A program made the translations under genes and the position numbers. The notes beneath the pieces were generated by a model. That model had not been told where the DNA came from. It was given only the letters and a program-made list of their open reading frames with translations, and searched no databases. A stretch of 64,000 nt of DNA, from the NCBI GenBank assembly GCA_023475165.1, contig JAMCWA010000088.1, positions 2,298-66,297 on the forward strand, written 5' to 3'. Positions 53,756-63,446 of this stretch are shown here, in pieces (position 1 is the stretch's first letter; every line of letters starts with the position of its first letter). Origin of the DNA: Bacillota bacterium (GTDB lineage: Bacteria; Bacillota; Sulfobacillia; JAMCWA01).

Positions 53756-54967
53756 TTAATGAAACTTAACAAAATTAAGGTAGGACTGATAACGGTCATA
53801 GTCTAGCACATCGGCCGCTTGGGTAGGATCGTTGCTCCAGGAGTTATAAATGTGCATTCCATGCCACCCGAGGTTGTCGTCATACTCGTACCCATAACCA
53901 ACAACCCAATGATATTCATAGTTTCCGTCACCCGTATTCTCCCAGGGGGTGTATTCGATTCTGATTCCCACCGGTGATCCGTTGTAAATTTGACCGTGGT
54001 ATTCTGCCCATGTTGTGTTGGGCACTAGAGTGCTGCTAATCGTGTAACCGACTACACCGGTCTCGGCCAGGTGATTGCTCAAACCGCTGACAAAATTGGC
54101 TACCGTTGTGCCAGTCCAGGTTGACATATGGAGATACATGTGATCTATGAATGCACCTACATCGCCATAGTAGGCAAGACCGCGGATGCCTGGATAGCCG
54201 TGCTGCCTCCAGAATTCAGCCATTTCAGAAGCAACAGTTGGCCCACAGGCTGAGTCCCACCAAGTGCTGTAGTATTGGCTATAGCTAGGGACACCCGAAA
54301 TATCGCGGCTTATGAAGACCATTGGCGAAATCACAGACGAGCTTTGTTCTTTGTAGACGAGGTTTTTGGTCGAGAGCATTGCTTTCCAAACTTTTCGACC
54401 ATGTTCCGTATTTGTTACTGTGAAATCTGGCGGAACCTGATTCTTGGTAATCAACCGACCTTGACGCAAATGAAAGTACTCCGTTGCCAATAACTGACCA
54501 TCCTGAAAGACGGGAAACTCTGCAATGAAGGACAAAGCATTCGGATAGAGGAGGCGCGGGGTACCCAAAATGACATTCGATGGGTATTTGGCAAGTATCT
54601 GTGCTCTTGCCGCTTCTAGCCTATCCTGCGGGGGCATCGCCCGAGACGCCTCGAGAAAAGGCTCATCATCTTTTGTGGCACCAATGGCAATGTAACCCCG
54701 GATTTGATCTGAAGTCCTTACCCGGAAAACATAGGCTGATGTATCCCCAGTTGAGTAATAAAAAGGGGTTGCATCGTCGTCAATGGTAGCCTGATCAAAT
54801 TCTGTATATGATCCTTTTCCCAGGTGGTTCACTATCAGAATCGCCGCATGCCGAGCTTCGGCCAAGGAAACTGACCGTGGCGACGCCTTGGTGATTTTAA
54901 TAGGTAGATGCTGCAGTACAAGAAGTGCAAGCGGAATTAGCACGATAAGAACAAAACGTTTCATCAT
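53756..54967 (-). CDS. Secreted protein with C-terminal papain-like (C39-like) cysteine-peptidase domain
   Basis: Start ATGATG after GGAGGTG. Signal peptide MKRFVLIVLIPLALLVL. WDSACGPTVASEMAEFW (Cys) and HWVVGYGYEYDD (His) blocks. Confidence 0.55.
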   Translation of the reverse strand: MMKRFVLIVLIPLALLVLQHLPIKITKASPRSVSLAEARHAAILIVNHLGKGSYTEFDQATIDDDATPFYYSTGDTSAYVFRVRTSDQIRGYIAIGATKDDEPFLEASRAMPPQDRLEAARAQILAKYPSNVILGTPRLLYPNALSFIAEFPVFQDGQLLATEYFHLRQGRLITKNQVPPDFTVTNTEHGRKVWKAMLSTKNLVYKEQSSSVISPMVFISRDISGVPSYSQYYSTWWDSACGPTVASEMAEFWRQHGYPGIRGLAYYGDVGAFIDHMYLHMSTWTGTTVANFVSGLSNHLAETGVVGYTISSTLVPNTTWAEYHGQIYNGSPVGIRIEYTPWENTGDGNYEYHWVVGYGYEYDDNLGWHGMHIYNSWSNDPTQAADVLDYDRYQSYLNFVKFH

Positions 54968-55261
54968 GGATACTAAACACCTCCTTAAATTCTCCGTTAT
55001 ATCGCGCGTCAACTTCTCTTCAACGACCAGCCATATTATAAATCTGCCGGAACGCGAACTATGTCGAACAATGCACTGTATAAATATTTTTTTATTTGCA
55101 TTAATGCGTTCCAATGCTTGCCTGTTGCGGCTGGAAATTGCATAATCTTGCGGGCGCCCTTGGAGAACGAGATGTAAGCGTCAAACTTTCCCCACCTGGC
55201 TTAGATTTTCGGTTTATAGGATAATCCCCCTAAAGGACGAATCAAAGGGGGGAGTTTCTTC

Positions 55262-55597
55262 ATGGCCAAAGCTGAACGGCAAAAAGAATGGGAGGCCAGG
55301 ATCGCCGAATATCAATCCAGCGGCCAGGGCGCAAAAACATGGTGTGCGACCCACAATGTCACGCCCAGCCAGTTGTGGTACTGGCTGAAAAAGCTTAAGA
55401 CCATCCATGCCCTACCTTCGGCTAACTCGGCTAACTCGGCAGTAAAGTGGCTACCCCTGGAGGTAAGCGACCAGTCATCCGTTGACCGGGACAATACTTT
55501 GCTGGTTAGGGTAGGGCCGGCCAGTATCGAGGTCAAACCCGGCTTTGATCCCGCGCTTCTTTCCGAGATAGTCCGGGTCCTCATGGCCCTATGTTGA
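55262..55597 (+). CDS. IS66 Orf1 (TnpA accessory protein)
   Basis: MAKAERQKEWEARIAEYQSSGQGAKTWCATHNVTPSQLWYWLKKL, typical of IS66 orf1. Confidence 0.8.
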   Translation: MAKAERQKEWEARIAEYQSSGQGAKTWCATHNVTPSQLWYWLKKLKTIHALPSANSANSAVKWLPLEVSDQSSVDRDNTLLVRVGPASIEVKPGFDPALLSEIVRVLMALC

Positions 55598-56037
55598 GCG
55601 AAGTAGGCATCGACCGGGTTTATCTGGCCTGCGGCCCTACCGACTTGCGCAAGTCCATTGACGGGTTGGCGGTCCTGGTCAAGGAAGCCTTCGAACTGGA
55701 CCCTTTCGCCCCCAATCTCTTTGTTTTCTGCAACCGCCAGCGCGATAAGCTCAAGATCCTCTACTGGGATCACAACGGGTTTTGGCTTTATTATCGCCGG
55801 TTGGAGCAAGGGAGATTTCAGTGGCCCATGGAGAAGCGGAGGCCGAGGCCCACCCATGTACGTTACCTCTATTCCTGCCGCCACTGCGAACGCGAGGAGA
55901 TTAGAACCCACGTCGTCAGGGCAGCGATGCCTAACCCGGTGCTTCCCGGAAGTCTGGTTTCCCCCTCCGCTTTAGCTTACATCATGGAGCAAAAATACGT
56001 GGAAGGGATCCCCTTTATCGTCAGGAGCAGCAGTTGA
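55591..56037 (+). pseudogene. IS66 Orf2 (TnpB) N-terminal ~80 aa fused in frame to the Zn-finger region of TnpC (internal deletion)
   Basis: RVYLACGPTDLRKSIDGLAVLV...KILYWDHNGFWLYYRRLEQGRFQWP then directly ...[48 protein letters not shown]. The TnpC leucine-zipper N-terminus is missing. Confidence 0.6.
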
Positions 56038-56986
56038 CCCAGCTGGGGATTGACTTATCCCGGCAGACCCTGGCCAACTGGGTCCTCTACGGAGCAGACA
56101 TGTGGTTAAAACCCCTTTACAACCGGATGCACGAACTTATGCTCAAAGAGGATATCCTGCACGCAGACGAAACAACCTTGCAGGTGCTGCACGAGGCGGG
56201 ACGGGCACCAGAGACCCAATCTTACCTCTGGTTTTACCGCACCGGTCGTACCGGTCCGCCCATCATCCTCTGTGAATACCAGACGACCCGCGGGGGACAA
56301 CACCTGCGGGAGTTCCTCGCCGGTTTCAGGGATACCTGCATGTGGACGGCTATGCCGGCTATAACGGGCTTCCCGACATTACGCTGGTCGGCTATTGGGC
56401 CCATGCCCGACGGAAGTTTGATGAAGCGCTCAAGGCCCTGCCGGATGCCAAGCGCTCGGCTCAAGTGGCGGCCAAGGAGGGGCTTGAGTTCTGCAACCGT
56501 CTCTTTGCCATTGAGCGGGACTTAAAAGACGCAACTCCTGAGGAACGTTACCAAAAGCGCCTGGTCCGGAGCCATCCCGTTTTGGATGCCTTTTGGGCCT
56601 GGCTGGATCAACAGAGTTCACGGGTGCTGCCCAAAAGTGCCTTGGGCCAGGTGGTTAATTATTGCCTGAGCCAGAAAGACAAACTCGAGGCCTTCTTACA
56701 GGACGGGCGCCTGGAAATCGACAATAACCGTAGCGAACGGTCGATTAAGCCCTTCGTGATTGGCCGGAAGGACTGGCTGTTTGCCAACACCCCACGGGGT
56801 GCTCAGGCCAGTGCCATTGTTTACAGCGTCGTGGAAACGGCAAAAGAAAATGGTTTGAATCCCTTCCGCTATCTAAACTACCTCTTTGAAAAGCTCCCCA
56901 ACATGGACATCGAGGATATGAGCCTCTTAGACCAGGTGCTTCCTTGGTCTAATTCCCTGCCGCCTGACTGCCCCGTTGGTAAATAA
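56034..56986 (+). pseudogene. IS66 transposase TnpC core, split over two frames (frameshift near 56340)
   Basis: [10 protein letters not shown]...YLWFYRTG in one frame. [10 protein letters not shown]...DNNRSERSIKPFVIGRKDWLF in the next frame. Confidence 0.7.
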
Positions 56987-57456
56987 GAGCTTACTTCGGC
57001 CCCCATCTGTTTGCAAGGTGGGGACTATTTTACGCTTACAACGAAATTAAGAAATCATCCAACATAGATAAAATGAATGGCCCAGAAATAACGGAGAGAA
57101 GCCATCCCTCAGAGTATTCGCGCGAACCATGTCTCAATCTAATTAAGAAGGGAGGGATGTATTAGAAGCGATGCTGACGGGCAAGATTATGGGCACCCTC
57201 CTGCCGTTTGAGGATTTTGGCAGGTCGCTTGAGAAATGGTTCGGGACCGCTCTGGGAACAGACAAGCCAGCAGGAAGAGGAAGGATCATGGAAATTAGGT
57301 ATACCGAGTTTGGAGTGGAGGCCAGGGCGGATCTAGTTCTGGAGCTGGCGAGGGCTTGGGTGTGAACCAAGGCACGATCCTTCATTACCCGTCGGATATG
57401 GCCAGAGAGACTGGGATAATCCGTGCCGCACAGGAAATCACCATAATGTTTGGAAG

Positions 57457-57975
57457 GACTTGGACTACGCCACCGGGCCTCGCGGGGCTTGCCACGTTTC
57501 CAGCCTGACCTTGAACATTGAGCTCGGGGCCAGCAGCTTCCCAGGGCTGGGGCTCATGGCGGGGGACCTGCCGGCCCAGAGTGGCGAGGGAAAAGCCGCC
57601 CTGGTCAAGAAGGCCCAGGACCTCGGGACCATCTTCTTGGGGGCGGCCATGTTCTGCGCCTTGGGTGGCATCCCCTTTGATGAAGAGGATTTGGTTTCCG
57701 CCCTCCGCCTGGCCACCGGTTTTGATTACGATCTAGCTGAACTGATGTCCAGCGGCGAAAGGGTCTGGATGGAAAAAAGGCTCCTCAACCTGCGGCGTGG
57801 TTTGACCCGGGCGGATGACCATCTCCCCCGCGTTCACAACCGGCCCCTGGAGAGCGGCCCGGCCGCTGGCTCTCTGCCGGACATGAGCCTCTTGCTGGAG
57901 GAGTACTATCGGCGGCGCGGTCTGGACCCGGCGACGGGCTGGCCCACCCCGGCCAAGCTGAAGGAGCTGGGGCTC
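57457..57975 (+). pseudogene. 519-bp duplicate of the AOR gene 3' end (copy of 51591-52109, ~98% identical)
   Basis: Colinear nucleotide identity with no indels. Translates to MDYATGPRGACHVSS...KELGL and then diverges. Lacks the N-terminal 610 aa. Confidence 0.85.
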
Positions 57976-57995
57976 ATCCTTTGGCCTGTTACGAA

Positions 57996-59189
57996 TTACA
58001 CCGGGACAATCTGGTCTTCCAACCGCTTGGACCGGTGAGTAATGACTTCTGGTTTATCCCGGCCGATGATGACGGTATCATCGTGCCGGAAGCCGCCGAC
58101 CCCCCAGATATAAATCCCCGGCTCGGCTGAGTAGACTTCATTCTCCATGAAGGGCCGGAAGTTAAAGGGCATGTCGGCGGGGAATTCGTGCCCGGCGATC
58201 CCCATACCGTGGCCGCTGCGGTGGAAGATATTCTGGCCAAAACCGGCCCTTTCGATGACCCGCTGGGCCGCGGCATCGGCCTCGGCCACGATATTACCGG
58301 CCACCATCTTCTCGGCCGCCGCCAAATTGGCCTCGCTGGCCGCTTCAAAGGCGCGACGCTGCAGATCGCCAGGCGGTCCCATGAACAAAGTCCGCTCGTT
58401 TTCCACCACCAGGCCGTTCAACCGCACAATGATGATGTTGACCACGCCATGACCCTTTTCCACCCTGGCGGCGGCATCCGCTCCGGTACCATGCGGCGAG
58501 GCCGAGGCTGGGCCGGAGAGGCTCATCAAGCGTATTTCCACGCGATCTGCCGGGAAGCGGTTGGCCGCCTCGACGGCCATGAGCCGGGAAACCTCAAAAT
58601 CCAGTTCCATCACCAGCATCCCAGGTTTGATGGTCTTCATGTAGATGTCCTGGGCCCAGTCGGTAAACTGCGCGGCGAGTCTCATCGTGGCCAATTCCTC
58701 GGGATGTTTGATCTGCCTGAGTTCTACAAAGAGCGGGTTTACATTCACCGTCTCGATATCAGGCAGGTCCTCCTTAAGCCGGGTCAGAGCGGCACTACCT
58801 CCTTCCACTCCCAGCAGGCCAACCCTAATCCCCCGGCTGAGAAGCTTTCTGGCCAGTAACTTGGTCCACTGGCTGACGATATAGGTCCGGTTTTCCATCC
58901 GCATATGTTCGGTATAGATGTCGTAGTCCTTGACAAAAAGCGTACCCCGTTCGGAGGCCATGCGGAGATGGTGGGTGGACAGTTCATTCATGACTAGAAA
59001 CGGATCGCCCTGGGCTGGAATGACCGCGGCCACCGGACGCTCCCAGGGAGCTACGTCCAGGTGGTAGCCGGAGACCAGGTAAAAGTTCTCCGGAGTCGTG
59101 ACCGCTACGCCGGCCAGTCCGTTTTCGGCACAGTAGGCGCGGATCTTTTCATGCCGCCATTCAAAGACGGCTGGGCTCAAAAAGGCCAT
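57996..59189 (-). CDS. M24-family metallopeptidase (Xaa-Pro aminopeptidase/prolidase-like)
   Basis: N-terminal creatinase-like domain plus C-terminal pita-bread domain with HGMGIAGHEFP and the VYSAEPGIY...DDTVIIG metal-ligand region. Confidence 0.75.
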   Translation of the reverse strand: MAFLSPAVFEWRHEKIRAYCAENGLAGVAVTTPENFYLVSGYHLDVAPWERPVAAVIPAQGDPFLVMNELSTHHLRMASERGTLFVKDYDIYTEHMRMENRTYIVSQWTKLLARKLLSRGIRVGLLGVEGGSAALTRLKEDLPDIETVNVNPLFVELRQIKHPEELATMRLAAQFTDWAQDIYMKTIKPGMLVMELDFEVSRLMAVEAANRFPADRVEIRLMSLSGPASASPHGTGADAAARVEKGHGVVNIIIVRLNGLVVENERTLFMGPPGDLQRRAFEAASEANLAAAEKMVAGNIVAEADAAAQRVIERAGFGQNIFHRSGHGMGIAGHEFPADMPFNFRPFMENEVYSAEPGIYIWGVGGFRHDDTVIIGRDKPEVITHRSKRLEDQIVPV

Positions 59190-59428
59190 GAAAATCAGCT
59201 CCTTCTCAAAGTGTCAGGAATTGTAAGGCCAAAACAATAGGTGGGTTTCACTGCAAGGTTTCTCTATTCTCCATTACCCCGTGGCGGAGGCTCTGATCCG
59301 ATCCTAATAGTGGAACCGCCGTGCTCCGGTCGCCTGCCCCCAGTGCGGCTGCGGCGACGGAGGCCGTGATCCCATCATAACCCGGGAATTGGCGCCAGCG
59401 GCTGACGGAACCGGCGGATTCGCAAAAG

Positions 59429-60307
59429 TCAGACCTTCAGCCGTGGGTCCCAAATATCCCGCAACCAGTCACCGACCAGGTTGATGCCCAGGGCGGCGAT
59501 AGCCAGGGCTATTCCGGGGAAGGTGGCCAGCCACCAGGCATTCATCATGTAATCCCGACCGTCGGCCAGCATGAGCCCCCAGGAGACATCCGGGGGCTGG
59601 ACGCCAAAGCCAAGAAAACTGATGGCCGCTTCCGCCACGATGAGTTGGGCTATCTGGAGCGATGAGACAATGATTATGGGCGTACTGACATTGGGTAAGA
59701 CGTGGCGGAAGATGATATGCCAATCTGTTGATCCTCCCGCCCGCGCTGCCTCCACGTACTCCTTTTCCTTGACGGCCAGGACCTCACCGCGTACCAGCCG
59801 GGCATACATCACCCAGGTGGAGATTACCAGAGTAATAATGAGATTACGGAAGCCACCCCCCAGGATGGCGCTGATTACCAGGGCCAGGAGGATGAAGGGG
59901 AAACTGAGCTGGACATCCACCAGGCGCATGGCCGCCGTGTCTAACCAGCCGCCCCAGAAGCCTGAAAGCAATCCCACCACCGTTCCCAGAGCCCCAGCCA
60001 CCACCACGGTGTAAACCCCGATGGCCAAAGAGATTCGGCTGCCGTAAAGGATGCGGGCCAGCACATCCCTCCCCAACTGATCGGTACCCAGGAGATGTCC
60101 GGGTGAGCCAGGAGGTAACAGGTTTTGAACCATATCCCCGACATCCGGCGGATAGGGGGTCAAGATTCCGGCTAATAGTGACGCCAAAAGTATTACCAGG
60201 ACTATGACAAAACCCACCAGCCCGGCCTGGTGGCGAGACAAGCGGCGCCAGATTCGGGAAGGAGCCCGGGTAATCGCCCCGCCGGTTGCGGGGAGGGGTT
60301 CAGACAT
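59429..60307 (-). CDS. ABC importer permease, OppC/DppC-like
   Basis: Start set to ATG 60307 after AGAGGTG (the track's longer ORF has no RBS). EAA-loop region EYVEAARAGGSTDWHIIFRHVLPN. Confidence 0.75.
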   Translation of the reverse strand: MSEPLPATGGAITRAPSRIWRRLSRHQAGLVGFVIVLVILLASLLAGILTPYPPDVGDMVQNLLPPGSPGHLLGTDQLGRDVLARILYGSRISLAIGVYTVVVAGALGTVVGLLSGFWGGWLDTAAMRLVDVQLSFPFILLALVISAILGGGFRNLIITLVISTWVMYARLVRGEVLAVKEKEYVEAARAGGSTDWHIIFRHVLPNVSTPIIIVSSLQIAQLIVAEAAISFLGFGVQPPDVSWGLMLADGRDYMMNAWWLATFPGIALAIAALGINLVGDWLRDIWDPRLKV

Positions 60308-60451
60308 CGTCAGCACCTCTGCTGAGGGAACACTTGTTTTTTCTCCGGCGATGGTACCCACCGGCCCCATGGGCCCAGGCCAAAAATGGTGGGACAACGG
60401 GCCAGGAAACGGTACCGCAAATCGCGATCCACCAATCGCCTGCTGTAACTG

Positions 60452-61369
60452 TCATCCGTAATGGATCTGCGGGTTCACCCAGGCGTAGGCCAGGTCCACC
60501 AGCAGGTTCGTCAAGGAGATCAGAAGGGAGACCCAGAAGACCCCGGCCAGCACCAGCGGGAAGTCGCGGTTAAGCAAAGCCTGGACCAGTAATCTTCCTA
60601 CTCCGGGCCAGGAGAAGACGGTCTCGGTTACCACCGCCCCTCCCAGGAGTTGACCCAACTGCAGGCCCACCAGGGTCAGGATGGGGATGAGGGCGTTTTT
60701 CAGGGCATGTTTATAAAGGACGTAGCGTTCGGCCAGGCCCTTGGCGCGACCCGTCCGCACATAATCTTGTGACAAGACGTCCAGCATCGTGGAACGGGTG
60801 ATCCGGGCAAAGCGAGCGGCCGTATAAGCGGCCAGGGTCAGGGTGGGGAGGACTAACTGCTCCCAGGTCCCCCGTCCCCCGGTGGGGAACCACCCCAATC
60901 TTACGGAAAAGAGGATAATCCCCATTATCCCCAGCCAAAACCCCGGTACCGCCTGACCGGTGACCGTAATAATAATCCCGACGTAGTCGGTAAGGCTGTT
61001 CCGTCTGGCCGCGGATATGACCCCCACCGGGATGGCCGTCAAGAGAGAAACCAGCATGGCCCAACCGGTCAGCTCAAGGGTGGCCGGAAAGCGCTCCAGG
61101 AGCAGTTTCAGGGCCGGGACGCCATAGCGGAGCGACTCCCCGAAATCTCCCCGGGCCGCCCCGGCCACAAAGCGCAGATACTGTAACCAGATAGGCTGGT
61201 CAAACCCCAGCCGGTGTCTGACCTCGGCGATTTGTGCCGGCAAAGCATCCGTGGGCAAAAAGAGCTTCACCGGATCTCCCGTCAGATGTAACATTAAAAA
61301 GACGGCCGTCAACGAAAGAAAAACCACCACAATTGTTTCCAAAAGGCGTCGTGCCAGATAGCGGGTCAT
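60452..61369 (-). CDS. ABC importer permease, OppB/DppB-like
   Basis: MTRYLARRLLETIVVVF... 6 TM helices. YVRTGRAKGL EAA motif. Confidence 0.8.
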   Translation of the reverse strand: MTRYLARRLLETIVVVFLSLTAVFLMLHLTGDPVKLFLPTDALPAQIAEVRHRLGFDQPIWLQYLRFVAGAARGDFGESLRYGVPALKLLLERFPATLELTGWAMLVSLLTAIPVGVISAARRNSLTDYVGIIITVTGQAVPGFWLGIMGIILFSVRLGWFPTGGRGTWEQLVLPTLTLAAYTAARFARITRSTMLDVLSQDYVRTGRAKGLAERYVLYKHALKNALIPILTLVGLQLGQLLGGAVVTETVFSWPGVGRLLVQALLNRDFPLVLAGVFWVSLLISLTNLLVDLAYAWVNPQIHYG

Positions 61370-61384
61370 GCCGCACCTGCCTCA

Positions 61385-61560
61385 CCCAAATTACGGAGGT
61401 GGGAAGTCGGAGGACGGAAGTTGGAATTAGGCAACAAGAAGCCAGAAGTTACAGCTTCCGGTTTTCGGTTTTCGACTCCGACCTCCACCCTCCAACTTCC
61501 TACCTCTGTTTTCAACCCCCGACCTCCGCCCTCTAACCTTTAACCTCCAACCTCTGCGTT
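61385..61560. repeat. Purine-rich / pyrimidine-rich mirror region forming a potential long imperfect hairpin between the SBP and permease genes
   Basis: GGAGGTGGGAAGTCGGAGGACGGAAGTTGGA ... TCCGACCTCCACCCTCCAACTTCC ... CCGACCTCCGCCCTC, read directly. Confidence 0.5.
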
Positions 61561-61625
61561 TTTCAGCGGTCGCCCAAGGCTGTCCGGTTGGCGCCCGGAC
61601 CTGGGGTAACTCCTCCGGGCTATTG

Positions 61626-63200
61626 CTATTTCCTGTAGGTGGCCCTCCACATCTCGATTTCTTCGTCGGCGCGCGGGGTGAAGTTAATCCGGTTGCTCAC
61701 ACCATACAGGTCCTCTTGCTGCCAGAGGAAGATCCACATGGCTTCGTCGTAAACCTTCTTTTGGATCGCGTCCCAGGCCGCCTTGCGCTTCACTGGATCC
61801 ACAATGGGCCGGGCGTTATCGATCATCTTCTGTAGCTCGGGATCAGCGGCAAAACCGCTGTAGGTGCGATCCTTTACGGCCAGGTCACCGATGGTGCCTT
61901 CGGCATCCAGAGCCGGACCCCAGCCCAGAAGGAACATGTTACCGGTCTGTCGCTTAACGATTTTGTCCAGATGGGTTCCCCATTCGTTGTAGGTGATCTT
62001 AACTTCTATTCCGAGGTTCTTCTTCAATTCCGCGGCGATGGCCTGGGCCACTTCTTTGTCCATAGGATAGCGCCCCTGCGGGCTATCCATGGTCAGGGTC
62101 AGTTTCGTTGGGTCAACACCGGCTTCCTGGAAGAGGGCTTTGGCCTTGGCCACGTCAAAGGGGTAAGGCTTAAGGTCCTTGTTGACCTCGGGGTTAATGT
62201 TGGACAGCGCACCGGCCATGCGGTAGGCATGACCCTTCATGACGTACTTGATGATCCCGTCGACGTCGACACCATAGTTGAGAGCCTGCCGGATGCGTCG
62301 ATCAGATAAGGGACCGGGTTTGAAATTGGTCAGGGCGATGTAGTTGACGCGAGAACTGGGGACGCTTTCCACCCTGGCTTTGCCGCTGCTATTGACCTGT
62401 TCCACCGCGGAGACCGGGATATTCTGGATGACATCAACTTCCCCGGCCAGGAGGGCGGAGAGCCGGGAAGAAAACTCCGGGATGGGGCGGAAGACCAGTT
62501 TTTCGATCAGGGGCTTGCCAGCCCAATAATCAGGGTTGGCCTCCAGTTCCAGTTTCTCATCCTTGGTCCAGCTGACGAACTTGTAGGGGCCAACACCGAT
62601 GGGATGTTTGGCCAATTCGTCGATCCCCTTTTCCTTCAGTAACTTGGGCGGCATGGGCAGCAAGCCCTGCATGCGCAGGAGCAGGATCGGGCTGGGCTGT
62701 TTGGTGTGGAGAATAACGGTATAATCGTCTGGCGTTTCAATCTTATCAATCATCTCAAAGCGGGTATAATAGTGTGATTGCCAGCTCTTGTCGAGGATCT
62801 TTTCGATGGTTACCTTCACGGATTCAGACGTGAAGGGCTCACCATTATGAAACTTGACACCTTGCCTGAGTTTGAACTCCCAAGTCTTATCATCAAGGGC
62901 GCGCCAGGAAGTGGCTAGTTCCGGCGCCAAGGCGTAGGTTTTGGGATCACGGGTCAGGAGGGTATCATAGATATTGCGGATTTGCTGATAGGTGGTCATG
63001 TCAACGATCTTCATCGGTAGCAGGGTCCGCGTATCTGCTCCCAGGGCCACCACCACCGGTTTTTCGGCCGGGGCAGCGGTGCCGCCAGGGGCCTTACTGC
63101 TTGTACTCGATCCTCCACACCCGGCGGCAAGAAGAAGAACCGCCATGAGGAGCAGGGCCAGCAATCGTACGGTTCCTCGCCGCGGAATCAGTTCATTCAT
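61626..63200 (-). CDS. ABC importer substrate-binding lipoprotein, family 5 (OppA/DppA/NikA-like)
   Basis: Start ATG 63200 after GAGGGGGA. Lipobox LLLAAGCGGS. SBP_bac_5 length and blocks. Confidence 0.8.
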   Translation of the reverse strand: MNELIPRRGTVRLLALLLMAVLLLAAGCGGSSTSSKAPGGTAAPAEKPVVVALGADTRTLLPMKIVDMTTYQQIRNIYDTLLTRDPKTYALAPELATSWRALDDKTWEFKLRQGVKFHNGEPFTSESVKVTIEKILDKSWQSHYYTRFEMIDKIETPDDYTVILHTKQPSPILLLRMQGLLPMPPKLLKEKGIDELAKHPIGVGPYKFVSWTKDEKLELEANPDYWAGKPLIEKLVFRPIPEFSSRLSALLAGEVDVIQNIPVSAVEQVNSSGKARVESVPSSRVNYIALTNFKPGPLSDRRIRQALNYGVDVDGIIKYVMKGHAYRMAGALSNINPEVNKDLKPYPFDVAKAKALFQEAGVDPTKLTLTMDSPQGRYPMDKEVAQAIAAELKKNLGIEVKITYNEWGTHLDKIVKRQTGNMFLLGWGPALDAEGTIGDLAVKDRTYSGFAADPELQKMIDNARPIVDPVKRKAAWDAIQKKVYDEAMWIFLWQQEDLYGVSNRINFTPRADEEIEMWRATYRK

Positions 63201-63410
63201 CGACAATATCCCCCTCTCGCAAATTAAAGATACCTGGTCTGGCCGCGCCACAAGCCGGCCTTTTGATGTTAAAGTTCTATTATTCTACGAGTTTTCGAGA
63301 AATCCTCCCGGTTCCTCGATAAGGAACTGAGTTTCATAGATTTCCTAGTCTAGAATGAAGAGCTTGCTTGTCGGCAGTTTGGCGACGACACATCGGAAGA
63401 GCACCGGCGA

Positions 63411-63446
63411 TACCGGCAATACCGGTAATACCGGCAATGATGCCTT
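63411..63446. repeat. 9-bp tandem repeat (ATACCGG(C/T)A)x3 in the leader region of the opp-like operon
   Basis: GATACCGGCAATACCGGTAATACCGGCAATG read directly. Confidence 0.6.

Larger units (their letters stand above)
55173..57040 (+). mobile_element. Degraded IS66-family element with imperfect terminal inverted repeats (TGTAAGCGTCAAACTTTCCCC / GGGGACTATTTTACGCTTACA)
   Basis: IR ends read at 55173-55194 and 57021-57040. Contains IS66 orf1, a truncated orf2 and a multiply frameshifted tnpC. Confidence 0.7.
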
